A stretch of 64,000 bases of DNA from contig DASCPX010000127.1 in assembly GCA_036012755.1 (NCBI GenBank), positions 78,373 to 142,372 on the forward strand, in the 5' to 3' direction. Position numbers and translations under genes: made by a program. The notes under the pieces are model-generated. The model searched no databases, was not told where the DNA came from, and saw only the letters and a program-made list of their open reading frames with translations. The first letter of the stretch is position 1. Each line of letters begins with the position of its first letter. The stretch comes from Myxococcota bacterium (lineage in GTDB: Bacteria; Myxococcota_A; UBA796; CAJQPC01). Shown piece by piece: positions 39,041 through 48,570 of the stretch.

Positions 39041-40906
39041 CTATCCCGGTGCCGGTTGGTTCTCACCCTCCCGGCGAAGCAACTGCGCACAGAGGAGGAC
39101 GAGGGCAATGGCCAGCCCACCGATGGCGATGAGGGCGACCCAGCGATCGCTCGCGTCGGAGACGCTGTGGCCGAGAGGGGGGCCCAGGCTCCCCTCGCGC
39201 ACGACGCCGTCGACGAGCAGGTCCCCATAGAGCCGGAGGTCGTAGTCGGGGCGACCGACGTCGGGGTTGCCGTAGTAGAGGGTCGCGCCGCCCGCCGGCG
39301 CCACCGCCACGACCGAGGGTCCCTTGCCCCAGGCCCGGACGCGGATCTCGTCGAGGGGGAGATCGTCTCCGTTGTCGATGTAGATCTCGAGCTCCTCGGT
39401 CCTCTGCTGCACGCCCATGGACAGACGGGCGGTGCCGTCCTTTGGCAGGACGGTCCAGCCCGCGCTCCGCCCCCCCACGATCACGACGCCCCGCGAGAAG
39501 GCCCGGCTGTCGGTCGTCAGCTCGATGTGGTCGAGGTAGGCGGCCTCCTCCAGCTCCACCACCAGGCGCGTCCGACCCGGCTCCTCGTACCTCGTCAGGG
39601 CGGTCCCGACAGGCCGAGGCGAGCCCGGGTCGAGCAGGTAGGGGATCTGGTGACCCTCCTGGTCGACGATGCGTAGGTCGCTCAGGTCCTGCCTGGCCGA
39701 GATGAGCACCTCCTGGGGAAGGACCCACCGGGTCGGAAGCCCCGGATCGTCGCCGCGGAGCTCGCGGGTCAGGGGGTGGTGGCGCACGAGCGCCTCGGAT
39801 CCCCGGACGAGGGCATCCGGGACGAGCTGGGCGGGGTTGTGGCCGGGGTTGTCCGCCCACGCCGCGACCACGAGTGCAGGGTCGGACTCCAGCAGCTCGA
39901 CGAGCGCATGGTCGAGGTCGTGCTCACCGGGTTGCTGGAGCACGGGGGCAGCGTAGAGCTGCTGAGGCCCCGGACCGCCGTCGAGCAGCAGCAGCCGACG
40001 CCCGGTGGCCTCGAGGTGAGCGCCGCTGATGTGCAGCGGAGCGTCGCGCCCGTCCGCGACGTGGATCTCCAGCTCCGAGCCCACCTCGCCGTCGAGGGGG
40101 ATCACCAGGTGCTCCACGTTCGCTCCGCCCAGCTGGAGCCTCTCGATGCGGCCCCGCCCGAGGTGGTGCTGTCGAAGGTCGGTGCCGTCGAAGCGCCGCG
40201 TCCAGACCTGGACCTCGCGGTCGAAGCGGCGGTCCTCGATGTCCAGGACCAGCTCCCGCGCGTCCAGTCCCGGCCCGGGCAGGGACACGCGGTACACGGA
40301 GGTCTGGGGCAGCTCGGGCGAAGCCTCCTCGACGTCGAGGTCCAGCTCCACGGGGGGCACTCCAATCTCGGCGCCCCACCTGACCCTGACGCCCTGCCAC
40401 CGCACGGGCACAGTAGCGTGAACGGTGTACAGGCCGGGAGGCAGCTCCGGCAGCTCCACGCTGAGGTTCTGGCGGTCCTCGTGAGCGATGCGAGCGTTCC
40501 AGAGCAGGCCCTCCGCCACGCGCCGCCCGTCGACGTCCTTCACGACCAAGGGCAGCACCCACTGGCTGCCGAGCCCGGCGACGTCGACCTGGAGTTCGTC
40601 GACCGGATGCCCGACGCCCCGCGTGTCGAAAGCGAAGGCCGAGCTCAGGGGCGGACCGAGGTCCCAAAGCGGCCACCAGTCCGGCTGGGCATAGCGCCGA
40701 TCCGTGTGCTGGTCGGAGTCGAGCACCAGGCTGGCGACGGCGTGTCCTTCCGCATCGAGGACCAGGAGGTCCTCTGGGTTGGGCCACGCGGCGGCCTCGC
40801 CGAGATCGACCAGCACGGCGCCCTCGGCAGGCAGCTCCAGGGTGGCGCGCTTCGCATAGACCGCAGGCTCGACGGCCCACGCCGTGGCCAGGAGGACCAT
40901 GATCAT
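39041..40906 (-). CDS. DUF3999-like secreted protein with C-terminal TM
   Basis: DLSDLRIVD...IPY, IDNGDDLPL and LYYGNP...PDYDL motifs. ATGA-coupled to DUF2339, its usual partner. Confidence 0.7.
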   Translation of the reverse strand: MIMVLLATAWAVEPAVYAKRATLELPAEGAVLVDLGEAAAWPNPEDLLVLDAEGHAVASLVLDSDQHTDRRYAQPDWWPLWDLGPPLSSAFAFDTRGVGHPVDELQVDVAGLGSQWVLPLVVKDVDGRRVAEGLLWNARIAHEDRQNLSVELPELPPGLYTVHATVPVRWQGVRVRWGAEIGVPPVELDLDVEEASPELPQTSVYRVSLPGPGLDARELVLDIEDRRFDREVQVWTRRFDGTDLRQHHLGRGRIERLQLGGANVEHLVIPLDGEVGSELEIHVADGRDAPLHISGAHLEATGRRLLLLDGGPGPQQLYAAPVLQQPGEHDLDHALVELLESDPALVVAAWADNPGHNPAQLVPDALVRGSEALVRHHPLTRELRGDDPGLPTRWVLPQEVLISARQDLSDLRIVDQEGHQIPYLLDPGSPRPVGTALTRYEEPGRTRLVVELEEAAYLDHIELTTDSRAFSRGVVIVGGRSAGWTVLPKDGTARLSMGVQQRTEELEIYIDNGDDLPLDEIRVRAWGKGPSVVAVAPAGGATLYYGNPDVGRPDYDLRLYGDLLVDGVVREGSLGPPLGHSVSDASDRWVALIAIGGLAIALVLLCAQLLRREGENQPAPG

Positions 40907-43491
40907 GCCGACACCTCCTCGCGCGACAGCACGACCTTCTGGAGCAGCACCGCCGCCCCCAGGAGGGTGATCGCAGCGCCGACGACCGAGCCGACCCGCC
41001 ACATTCCGGCGAGGTCCCAGAGGTCCACGAAGAAGACCTTGCCCGCCGCCAGCAGCAAGATGCCCATGGCCAGCAAGCGCGTGTACTTCGAGTCGCCTCG
41101 CACACCGATCGCCAGCAGCATCGCGCCGAAGCCAGCCCAGCCGAGGCTGCGGGTCATCTCGTTCGCGAAGTCACCCCGCCCCCAGTCCGGAGCTCCGTCG
41201 GTGGCGAAGGCGATGTCGACCTCGAGGTTGAGCAGCATGAAGAACGCGACCACCGCGGCGAAGCGCAGGACCCGCGTGATGGGGAAGTCCGTGAAGGCAC
41301 CGACGCGGTCGAGCAGACGGGCAGACAACAGGAGGCTCCCGCCGAGGACCACGTAGGTGAGCGTCAGCTCGTTGAACCCCGGCACGACATAGGCAGGCCA
41401 GTCGATGACGAGCGGGTCCATCAGCAGGCGTCCACATGCGAGCGCGACGAGCGCCACGCTGAAGAGCTTGACGCCGGGATGCCTGATGCGGCTGGAGAGC
41501 CAGGCCAGGACCACCGCCTCGGCGGACCAGCCGAGCACCACCCACTGCCCGTCGAGCTGCACCGGGACGGCGATGCAGGCGAAGAGCGTCGCGGCGATGA
41601 CGTAGGCAGCCAGCTTGCGTTCGTCACCTTCGAGTGTCCGCTTCACCTGCGCGGCAGCGGCGAGGCTGACCAGGCCGAGCACCAGGGGCAACAGCCCGAT
41701 GGCCTCTGCTCCGAGGCCCTCCTCCCATGCCAGCTGCAGGGGGTAGTAGAGCACCGGTCCCGCGAGCGCGGAGGTCAGCCAGGGCAAGGTGCGGCTGGAG
41801 TCTCGGCGCAGGAAGGGCCAGAGGGTCAGGCCCGTGACGACGAGCAGGACAGCCGGCGCGATCCATGCAACGCGCAGGTCGTCCGCCATCGGACCGAGAG
41901 CCGGATAGGCCACGGCGGCCGCTCCAGCGAGCCCGGCGATGCCCGCGATCCCCCGCCCTCGCGCAGAGGCCACCATGCCGATGAGGCCCAGCGATGCCAC
42001 GCCCAGGGTCACGAGCACCCGCGGCCCATCGCCCTCGGCGGCGCAGACACCCATGGTCAGTCCGGTGACGCCGAGCAGCGCCGGCAACAGGAGCTCCCTC
42101 TGGAGACCCTGGCCCCATGGCCGCCGGAGTCCGGCCAGCCACCACCCCGCCGTGGGCGCCAGCAGCACCGCCGTGACCAGCGCGTGCAGGAGGTGGCTCG
42201 GCCTCCCGAGGCTGTCCAGGTGTGACTCCCAGCCGATACCGGTCACCAGGCCCGCGAGCGCCAGCCCGCCGAGGCCGACCCAGGCCAACAGCGGCCAGTC
42301 CCTGCGGTGGCTGACCAGGCGCAGCGCCGCGGCGAGGCCCAGGAAGAAGATGGGGAGGAGCCACACGACCGGGCCGGGATCGTGGAGGACGGCCTGGACG
42401 GTGGCTCCTTCCCAAGTCACGAGATGGCGTGGGACGACCAGGGGCAGGACCGCCAGCGACTGGGCGGCGAGGGTCCCGGAGGCGACCATGGCCACGAGGG
42501 AATCGGTCTTGTCGCGCATCGCCACGGCGGCGGCCATGGCCGCGAACAGTGCCGCAGCACCCAGGCCGAAGGGGAGCTGGTCCGCGTCGCCGTACTCCAC
42601 GCCCCAGGCCAGCTGGAGCACGAGGGTGCCCAGACCCGCCATGCCGACGATCGCCGGCCACTTGCGGAGCACGGCGGTGCTCAGCACGCCAGCGTTGAGG
42701 ACGGCGAGGTAGGCGAAGAGCGCCAAGGCGCGATTGTCTCCGGTGAAGAGCAGGACGGGGGTCATCAGCCCGCCGGCGAGGCCCAGGACCGCCAGGAACT
42801 GGGAGTCACGGCGCCAGGCGAGCAGCACGCTGGCGATCGTCACGCCACTCATCAGCGCGAAGGCAGCCGTGTTGGGGAAGAGCTCGTAGAGGGAGTGCCC
42901 GGCGTAGAGCGCACCGTAGAGGATGCCGATTCCAGCGCCACCGAGCCCGGCAGCCGCGAGGCCGTATTCACGTCGATACAAGCGCTCCGAGCCGATCAGG
43001 GCCGCGACACCGGCGAGGACGCCCGTCGCGAAGCGGGCCCCGGGGCCGAAGAAGGCGAGCCAGCCCTGGTCCAGCGCGTAGTTGAAGAAGAGCAGACCGC
43101 CGATGAGCAGGCCGAGGCCACCGGCAGCGGCGAAGACCCAGGCGCCGACGTGCTCCGCGGTCTTCGCGGGTCTGGGTGGCTCGAATACCGGTGGCGGCTC
43201 GGTGGCCTTCGGAGGCTCGGCGGCTTCCGGCGGCTCGGCGGCCTCCGGCGGGGCCTCGGCAGGCACGGTCGCCGCGATGGGAGTCTCGGCCACTCGGGTG
43301 ACCGGGCTGAGCTCCTGCCTGGACTCGACGCCCCGACGACGAAGCACCGCGACCTGCTGCTCGAGGGTCCGCATGCCGTTTTGCAGCCTTCGGAGCTTCG
43401 AGTGAGCCGTCAACGCGAGGATGAGGGCCAACAAGGGCAGAGCCCCGATGACCAGCAGCAACAGGACAACGAGACCGACCAGATCATCCAT
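40903..43491 (-). CDS. DUF2339 polytopic membrane protein
   Basis: N-terminal TM + coiled coil + Pro-rich linker, then many TMs. GGLMTPVLL and KVFFVDL...RVGS motifs. Confidence 0.85.
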   Translation of the reverse strand: MDDLVGLVVLLLLVIGALPLLALILALTAHSKLRRLQNGMRTLEQQVAVLRRRGVESRQELSPVTRVAETPIAATVPAEAPPEAAEPPEAAEPPKATEPPPVFEPPRPAKTAEHVGAWVFAAAGGLGLLIGGLLFFNYALDQGWLAFFGPGARFATGVLAGVAALIGSERLYRREYGLAAAGLGGAGIGILYGALYAGHSLYELFPNTAAFALMSGVTIASVLLAWRRDSQFLAVLGLAGGLMTPVLLFTGDNRALALFAYLAVLNAGVLSTAVLRKWPAIVGMAGLGTLVLQLAWGVEYGDADQLPFGLGAAALFAAMAAAVAMRDKTDSLVAMVASGTLAAQSLAVLPLVVPRHLVTWEGATVQAVLHDPGPVVWLLPIFFLGLAAALRLVSHRRDWPLLAWVGLGGLALAGLVTGIGWESHLDSLGRPSHLLHALVTAVLLAPTAGWWLAGLRRPWGQGLQRELLLPALLGVTGLTMGVCAAEGDGPRVLVTLGVASLGLIGMVASARGRGIAGIAGLAGAAAVAYPALGPMADDLRVAWIAPAVLLVVTGLTLWPFLRRDSSRTLPWLTSALAGPVLYYPLQLAWEEGLGAEAIGLLPLVLGLVSLAAAAQVKRTLEGDERKLAAYVIAATLFACIAVPVQLDGQWVVLGWSAEAVVLAWLSSRIRHPGVKLFSVALVALACGRLLMDPLVIDWPAYVVPGFNELTLTYVVLGGSLLLSARLLDRVGAFTDFPITRVLRFAAVVAFFMLLNLEVDIAFATDGAPDWGRGDFANEMTRSLGWAGFGAMLLAIGVRGDSKYTRLLAMGILLLAAGKVFFVDLWDLAGMWRVGSVVGAAITLLGAAVLLQKVVLSREEVSA

Positions 43492-43549
43492 GACTGACCT
43501 CCACGACCTGGAGAGTCACCGGGCGATGTCAGCCTCCCTTCGACCTGCG

Positions 43550-43587
43550 GTGAAAGGTCCGCCAAGCGCGCATGAAAGCCGCGTGAA
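43550..43587 (-). promoter_or_regulatory. cre-tag-like direct repeat TTCAC-N6-TTCAT with a third in-phase TTCAC
   Basis: Minus-strand half-sites at 43587-83, 43576-72 and 43554-50 (11-bp phase), upstream of DUF2339. Confidence 0.45.
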
Positions 43588-44037
43588 TCAGGCCAGGTCC
43601 TGGCAGAGCTCGCGCTCGAGGTTCTGGAGCATGGCGCGCATGCCGCCCTCGAGACCCTCGCGAAGACCGGCGCCGTCGAGGACCGCGCCGAGAACGCTGC
43701 CGGGGTCGTAGTCCAGGTGCAGGGTCACCATCGTGTGGCGCGAGGCGCGCGGGGTGCGCAGCGAGTAGCTGAGCGTTCCGCTCGTGCGCTTGCCGCCGGT
43801 GCTGCAGAGGACCCGGCGACCGCCGTGGGCGTCGTCCACGCGCTCGAAGGTGTAGGGCATCGTCCGCTTCTTCGGGAATGCCGAGAACGTGAGGTCCCAG
43901 GTCCGGTCCCCCGTGCGGCTCGTCCCGCTCCAGGCGCCCTGCAGGATGCGGTCATGGTTGTCGGCCTTCGACAGCCACTCCAGGACTTCGTTGCGCTTGG
44001 TGTTCTCGACGAGGATGTCGGTGGTGAGGACGGCCAT
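43588..44037 (-). CDS. SRPBCC-family protein
   Basis: START-like layout, VTLHLDYDPG and a C-terminal helix (LQNLERE). Confidence 0.65.
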   Translation of the reverse strand: MAVLTTDILVENTKRNEVLEWLSKADNHDRILQGAWSGTSRTGDRTWDLTFSAFPKKRTMPYTFERVDDAHGGRRVLCSTGGKRTSGTLSYSLRTPRASRHTMVTLHLDYDPGSVLGAVLDGAGLREGLEGGMRAMLQNLERELCQDLA

Positions 44038-44076
44038 CGTGCGCTCCAGCGGCGGCGAGGATAACGCGCCGCGACG

Positions 44077-44913
44077 ATGCTGCCGGCAACGCTACCCGTG
44101 CTGATTCCGTGGTGGGAGCCCGCGGTCTACCACCTCGGCCCGATCCCGATCGATCCGTGGGCCGTGTTGGTGTGCATCGGCTTCGTCGTCGGCATGGAGG
44201 TGGCCCGCGCCAGGGGCATCTCGATCGGCCTCGACACCCGCGACGTGGTCGATGGCGCCGTGTTCATCGTGCTGCTGGGATTCGTGGTCGCCCACTGGGT
44301 CCACGTCGTCGCCTACAACCCCGAGCTCATGGAGCTCGACGGCCAGTTCGACATGATGACGGCCGGCAAGGAGCTCCTGAACCCATTCGGCGGCGTATCC
44401 AGCAACGGCGGCTTCCTCGGGGCCGTCATCGGCACCATCCTCTTCTACACGCTCATCAGGAAGCGGGACTTCTGGATCCACGCCGACAACGGCATGTACG
44501 GCTTCGTCTTCGGCTACGTCTTCGGGCGACTCGGCTGCTTCTCCGTGCACGACCACCCTGGCGCGACCATCGAAGAAGTGCCCTGGCTGTCCTTCATGAT
44601 GGTCGACTGGCAGCCGGGCCCCGCCCGCCTGGACATGGCGCTGGTCGAGGCCTGCTGGCTGGCCCTGATCGCGCTGGTCTTCTTCGCCGTCAACCGGAAG
44701 TGGAAGGGCTCCCACGGCAAGTTCATCGCGCTCTGGTGCATGCTCTACGCGCCGGTCCGCTTCGGCCTCGACTTCCTCCGCGCCGTCGATCGCCGCCTCT
44801 GGCTCGGCCTGACCCCGGCGCAGTACGGCTCGATCCTGATGTTCGTCGCCGGCGCCGTGATCATCGTCCGCCTGTGGAAAAAGCGATCCGAGGGCGAAGA
44901 GCCGAGTCCGTGA
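44077..44913 (+). CDS. lgt: Prolipoprotein diacylglyceryl transferase family
   Basis: LGPIPI, GGVSSNGGFLG, FGRLGCFSVHDHPG, RFGLDFLR and LTPAQ motifs. Confidence 0.85.
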   Translation: MLPATLPVLIPWWEPAVYHLGPIPIDPWAVLVCIGFVVGMEVARARGISIGLDTRDVVDGAVFIVLLGFVVAHWVHVVAYNPELMELDGQFDMMTAGKELLNPFGGVSSNGGFLGAVIGTILFYTLIRKRDFWIHADNGMYGFVFGYVFGRLGCFSVHDHPGATIEEVPWLSFMMVDWQPGPARLDMALVEACWLALIALVFFAVNRKWKGSHGKFIALWCMLYAPVRFGLDFLRAVDRRLWLGLTPAQYGSILMFVAGAVIIVRLWKKRSEGEEPSP

Positions 44914-44920
44914 CGGGCGC

Positions 44921-45685
44921 TCAGGGTGTGAGCAGGTCTCCGGCCGCCAGCGGCACCCAGTACTTGCCGCCGTCGACCAGCACCGGAGCTTGGGACAGGC
45001 GGATCTCGTCACCGGACTCCAGCGCACAGAGGATCTCCTCTTCGGCGCTCCAGGAGTTGGCCTTGCGGGGATAGTCGGCCCTGACGTACTTGCCGAACTT
45101 CAGGGTGTAGACCTGTCCGATGTCGGCGTCGAAGGGGAAGCCCGCGTACCAGTAGCCGACGACGGTCCCCGTCGTCCCGCCGCAGCGTCCGTCCGTGATC
45201 GCAGGCGCCTCGAGGGCTGGCGGCTCGACGACGATCGGATCCTCCGCAACCTCTGGGGGCTGCGAGACAACGGGTTCCACCTGTGGGGACTTTGAGGCTT
45301 CCGGCATCTCCGGAGAGGGCGCCAGCGCCTGCGCCGGGACATCAGGCTGCCGCTTCTCGATGTGCTCGTCTGCCGTCCCGTACCAGGCCGCGGCCCCGAT
45401 CGCGATGACCAACAAGACGCCCCCGGCAGCGATCGCAGCCCGCAACGGCACGTTCGGGGGATCCAGGGTCTCGGCCAGCTGCGCCAGGTTCGGGTCCTTC
45501 GGACGCCTCGCGGCGGCAGCCTTCGCGAGGGCCGGCAGCCTGGCGCCGGCTGCCTGGATGGCCGAGGCCCACTCCGCGTCCTGGAGGCCGACATCAGCTA
45601 GGAGCGCGGCTCGCTCCTCGGGATCCGAGAAGCGCTTGGCGAAGAAGCTCACGAGTTCGTCGAGCTCGGCACGATCCAGGTGCAT
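44921..45685 (-). CDS. Single-pass membrane protein, possible EAD1-like N-terminal domain
   Basis: Helical N-terminus ending AAAARRPKDPNLAQL, one TM, a Pro-rich linker and a small beta C-domain. Confidence 0.6.
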   Translation of the reverse strand: MHLDRAELDELVSFFAKRFSDPEERAALLADVGLQDAEWASAIQAAGARLPALAKAAAARRPKDPNLAQLAETLDPPNVPLRAAIAAGGVLLVIAIGAAAWYGTADEHIEKRQPDVPAQALAPSPEMPEASKSPQVEPVVSQPPEVAEDPIVVEPPALEAPAITDGRCGGTTGTVVGYWYAGFPFDADIGQVYTLKFGKYVRADYPRKANSWSAEEEILCALESGDEIRLSQAPVLVDGGKYWVPLAAGDLLTP

Positions 45686-45739
45686 GCCGACCCTTACCCC
45701 AAAGTTGGGCTCGCGTCAGTTGCTGACTACGTTGTCGAC

Positions 45740-47755
45740 ATGCTCCTTGCGCTCCTCGCCTGCACGCCGAAGACCCCGATCGCCGATCCGAAGCTGAGTG
45801 CTCCTCCCGAGGGCCTCGACCACGCCCAGCTTCCGCTGGTCCGAGCCGCCCCCGGAGCAGCCAAGATCTACGTGGAGGCCACGCTGCCGGATGGAAGCAA
45901 GGGCATCTTCCTCGTCGACACGGGAGCGTCGGTGACGGCCATCGACCAGGAGGTCGCGGACCGCCTGGGCCTGGTGGTCGACGACCCGATGGGGGTGATC
46001 CAGGGCTTCGGCGGCCAGACGGCGTGGCGACGTTCGGAGCTCCCCTACGTCGAGCTCGGCGGCGTCATCGTGCCGAACATCGAGGTCGCGGTCGGCCTGC
46101 CGGGGGTGCCCGAGTACACCGGCGCCATAGAGGTCGACGGCATCTTCGGGAACAACGTCTGGAGCGACTTCGTGGTGGCCCTCGACTATCCGGCCGACCT
46201 GCTGGAGATCGGACGGCCAGGCACGATCGAAGTCCCCGCCACGGCGGTCCCCATGGTCTTCGACGGCAGCCACATCCACACGATCGTGCGCCTCGTCGCA
46301 GAGGGCGCGGATGGCGAGGAGATCGCTCGCGACCTGCTCCTGGAGGTCGACACCGGAGCCCGGAGGATCCTGCTGTCCGGCGCCACGGGGGACGGCCTCG
46401 GAGACATCGCGACAGAGGGAGAAGAGCCCATCTTCGGCCTCGGCGCGTCAGAGAAGATGCCGGTCTCGGCCTTCTACCGGCAGACCCGGCACGTGGACCT
46501 CGTTCGCGCCGAGCTGGGAGGTGTCTCCATCGACGACCCGGGCCACGCCACCTGGATCAACTACGACGCCAGCCTTCCTGTCGGCCCGGATCTGCTCGGA
46601 CTCGTCGGCCATCACGTCCTGGCGGACCACCGCGCTGTCTTCGACTACCCGAACGGTCGCTTCGCCCTCACCGAGTCGATCCACGAGCCTCGCCAGCTCG
46701 ACGGCCACCAGCTGATGCTGGACCGCGAGCTCGAGGACAACGGAGACGATCCCGACCGCGCGCTGCTGCGTGCCCGCTACCGCGCCGCCCTAGAGGACGT
46801 CGAGGGCGCGCTCGGCGAGGTCGACGTCTACCTCGGTGAGCACGCGGACGACCTCGACGCCACCGTGCTCCGCGCCAGGCTCCTCCGCTACGACGGCGAC
46901 CTCGCCGGCTACGCGGACATCGTCGCCGGCCTGGATCCCGGGGACCTCGTCGACCAGGGTGAGATCGTCGCCACGGTCAACGGGCTCCTGCTGGAAGACC
47001 GGAACCAGGACGCTGTCGACCTCGCCACCGCAGCCGTCGCCCTCCGTCCTGACGACTCCGCCGCTCATGTCGCCTCCGCCGACGCACTCCTGAACGTCGG
47101 GAACGCTGCTGGGGCACGAACCGCGATCGCCAACGCGGCGAGGCTCGAGGAGAACCCCGACGCCTACCTGAAGCGCCGAGCCCGCATCGCCCTCGCGGAA
47201 GAGGACGTCTTCGCGGCCCTCGCCCACCTCCGGACGCGCCTGGCGCTGTACCCCTCCGATGGCGAAGCCCTGTGGTTCTACGCGATGCTCGTCGCCGAGC
47301 GGGAGGAGTTGGACGCAGCTGCGACCTTCGAGCGAGACGCGGCGGCCGCGATGCGCCGACTCCACCGCGAGAGCCGCCCCCTCGACTTCCTGATGGCCTC
47401 GCTGGCCCTGGTGGGTGCGGACGTAGAAGGCCTCCACGACGAAGGCGTCGAGCGCGACTGCCAGCCGATAGAAGAGGGTCCCAGCCAGGACAACTGCCTC
47501 GCCTGGTACGCCGCGATGTCCGGTCTCCGTGACGACGACTCCCTCGCCCTCATCGAGTCAGCGGTCGCCGAAGAGGCCAACCGCAGCGACTTCCTCGACA
47601 CCCTGGCGATGGTCCACCTGGCCAGGGGAGAGCACCAGGAGGCTGCGGACGCGGCCCTCCTGGCGGCGCGCATCACGCCGGACCGCTTCTACCACCTCTG
47701 GCAGGCAGAGCGCATAGCTGCCCTCGCCGCGGGAGCCGCGGAGCCCACCGAGTAG
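45740..47755 (+). CDS. Lipoprotein with two retropepsin-like aspartyl protease domains + TPR-like region
   Basis: FLVDTGAS...DGIFG and EVDTGA...GLVG motifs, a helical repeat C-half and an MLLALLAC lipobox. Confidence 0.82.
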   Translation: MLLALLACTPKTPIADPKLSAPPEGLDHAQLPLVRAAPGAAKIYVEATLPDGSKGIFLVDTGASVTAIDQEVADRLGLVVDDPMGVIQGFGGQTAWRRSELPYVELGGVIVPNIEVAVGLPGVPEYTGAIEVDGIFGNNVWSDFVVALDYPADLLEIGRPGTIEVPATAVPMVFDGSHIHTIVRLVAEGADGEEIARDLLLEVDTGARRILLSGATGDGLGDIATEGEEPIFGLGASEKMPVSAFYRQTRHVDLVRAELGGVSIDDPGHATWINYDASLPVGPDLLGLVGHHVLADHRAVFDYPNGRFALTESIHEPRQLDGHQLMLDRELEDNGDDPDRALLRARYRAALEDVEGALGEVDVYLGEHADDLDATVLRARLLRYDGDLAGYADIVAGLDPGDLVDQGEIVATVNGLLLEDRNQDAVDLATAAVALRPDDSAAHVASADALLNVGNAAGARTAIANAARLEENPDAYLKRRARIALAEEDVFAALAHLRTRLALYPSDGEALWFYAMLVAEREELDAAATFERDAAAAMRRLHRESRPLDFLMASLALVGADVEGLHDEGVERDCQPIEEGPSQDNCLAWYAAMSGLRDDDSLALIESAVAEEANRSDFLDTLAMVHLARGEHQEAADAALLAARITPDRFYHLWQAERIAALAAGAAEPTE

Positions 47756-47758
47756 GCC

Positions 47759-48562
47759 TCAGGGAGTGGCCTTCTTCACGGCGTGCTCACGCCGATCGAC
47801 GATCTCGCCGAGAGGATCGAAGATGGTCGCGACGTCGGCCTTGTTGTTCCAGATGGGCTCCGGACTGCCCAGGTAGATGAGCAGCTGCGAGCCGGGATCG
47901 GTCTGGTGTTCTCCGACGCCGCTGTGGACCTCGACCGTGTGCCCGGCTGGCACCACCAGGTCCGGGAAGGTCCAGCTGTTGTCGCGGGCGTCGGTGATCC
48001 TGTAGCCCTCGACGTTCAGGGCCTCCGTGGTGATGTTGCAGACGCGCAGGTACTCGCCGTTGACGTTCTCGCGATCGTCTCCGGCGGCGTTGGCGTGGAA
48101 GGAGGTCATGTGCAGCGTGCTCTCGTAGCCCTCCGTCACCCAGATGCCGCGGTCGCTCTCGCGCGCCTCGGCCTGCGCCGCCAACAAGGCGTCCACGTCG
48201 CCGAGTCCGAGCGGAGGGATGAGGAAGACGTGAGCGACGCCGAGGGACACGAGGTAGTCCGCCAGCGGCTCCCCCTCGACCTCGACCCAGGCGATGAGGC
48301 GGCCGTAGGAGTCGCGCTCGAGAGAGCCGTAGGTCAGCGTCACGTCCTTGCCCTTGACGAAGCGCTCCGTGGCCACGCGGGCCTCGTCTCCGAAGACCTC
48401 CGCCGGCCGGAGCTCGGGGGTGTTCACGCCGGCTACGCGGACCTTGTCGCCGGTGTCGAGGGTGAAGGTGTCGCCATCGTAGACGCTGGAGACCGTGGCC
48501 TTGGTGGGGCCAGGACCGAACTCGTCTGCGAGGAGGGGAGAGATGAAGAGGGCGATGAGCAT
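47759..48562 (-). CDS. Secreted thermonuclease (SNase) + lamin-tail domain protein
   Basis: YDGDTF, VRVAGVNTPE and RDSYGRL; LTD motifs EYLRVCN and IWNNKAD. Confidence 0.88.
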   Translation of the reverse strand: MLIALFISPLLADEFGPGPTKATVSSVYDGDTFTLDTGDKVRVAGVNTPELRPAEVFGDEARVATERFVKGKDVTLTYGSLERDSYGRLIAWVEVEGEPLADYLVSLGVAHVFLIPPLGLGDVDALLAAQAEARESDRGIWVTEGYESTLHMTSFHANAAGDDRENVNGEYLRVCNITTEALNVEGYRITDARDNSWTFPDLVVPAGHTVEVHSGVGEHQTDPGSQLLIYLGSPEPIWNNKADVATIFDPLGEIVDRREHAVKKATP

Positions 48563-48570
48563 GGAGCCCG

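Noticed and set aside
43185..43262. Short tandem repeat encoding PPEAAE-like units in DUF2339
   Set aside because: Ordinary Pro/Glu-rich linker, typical of this family.
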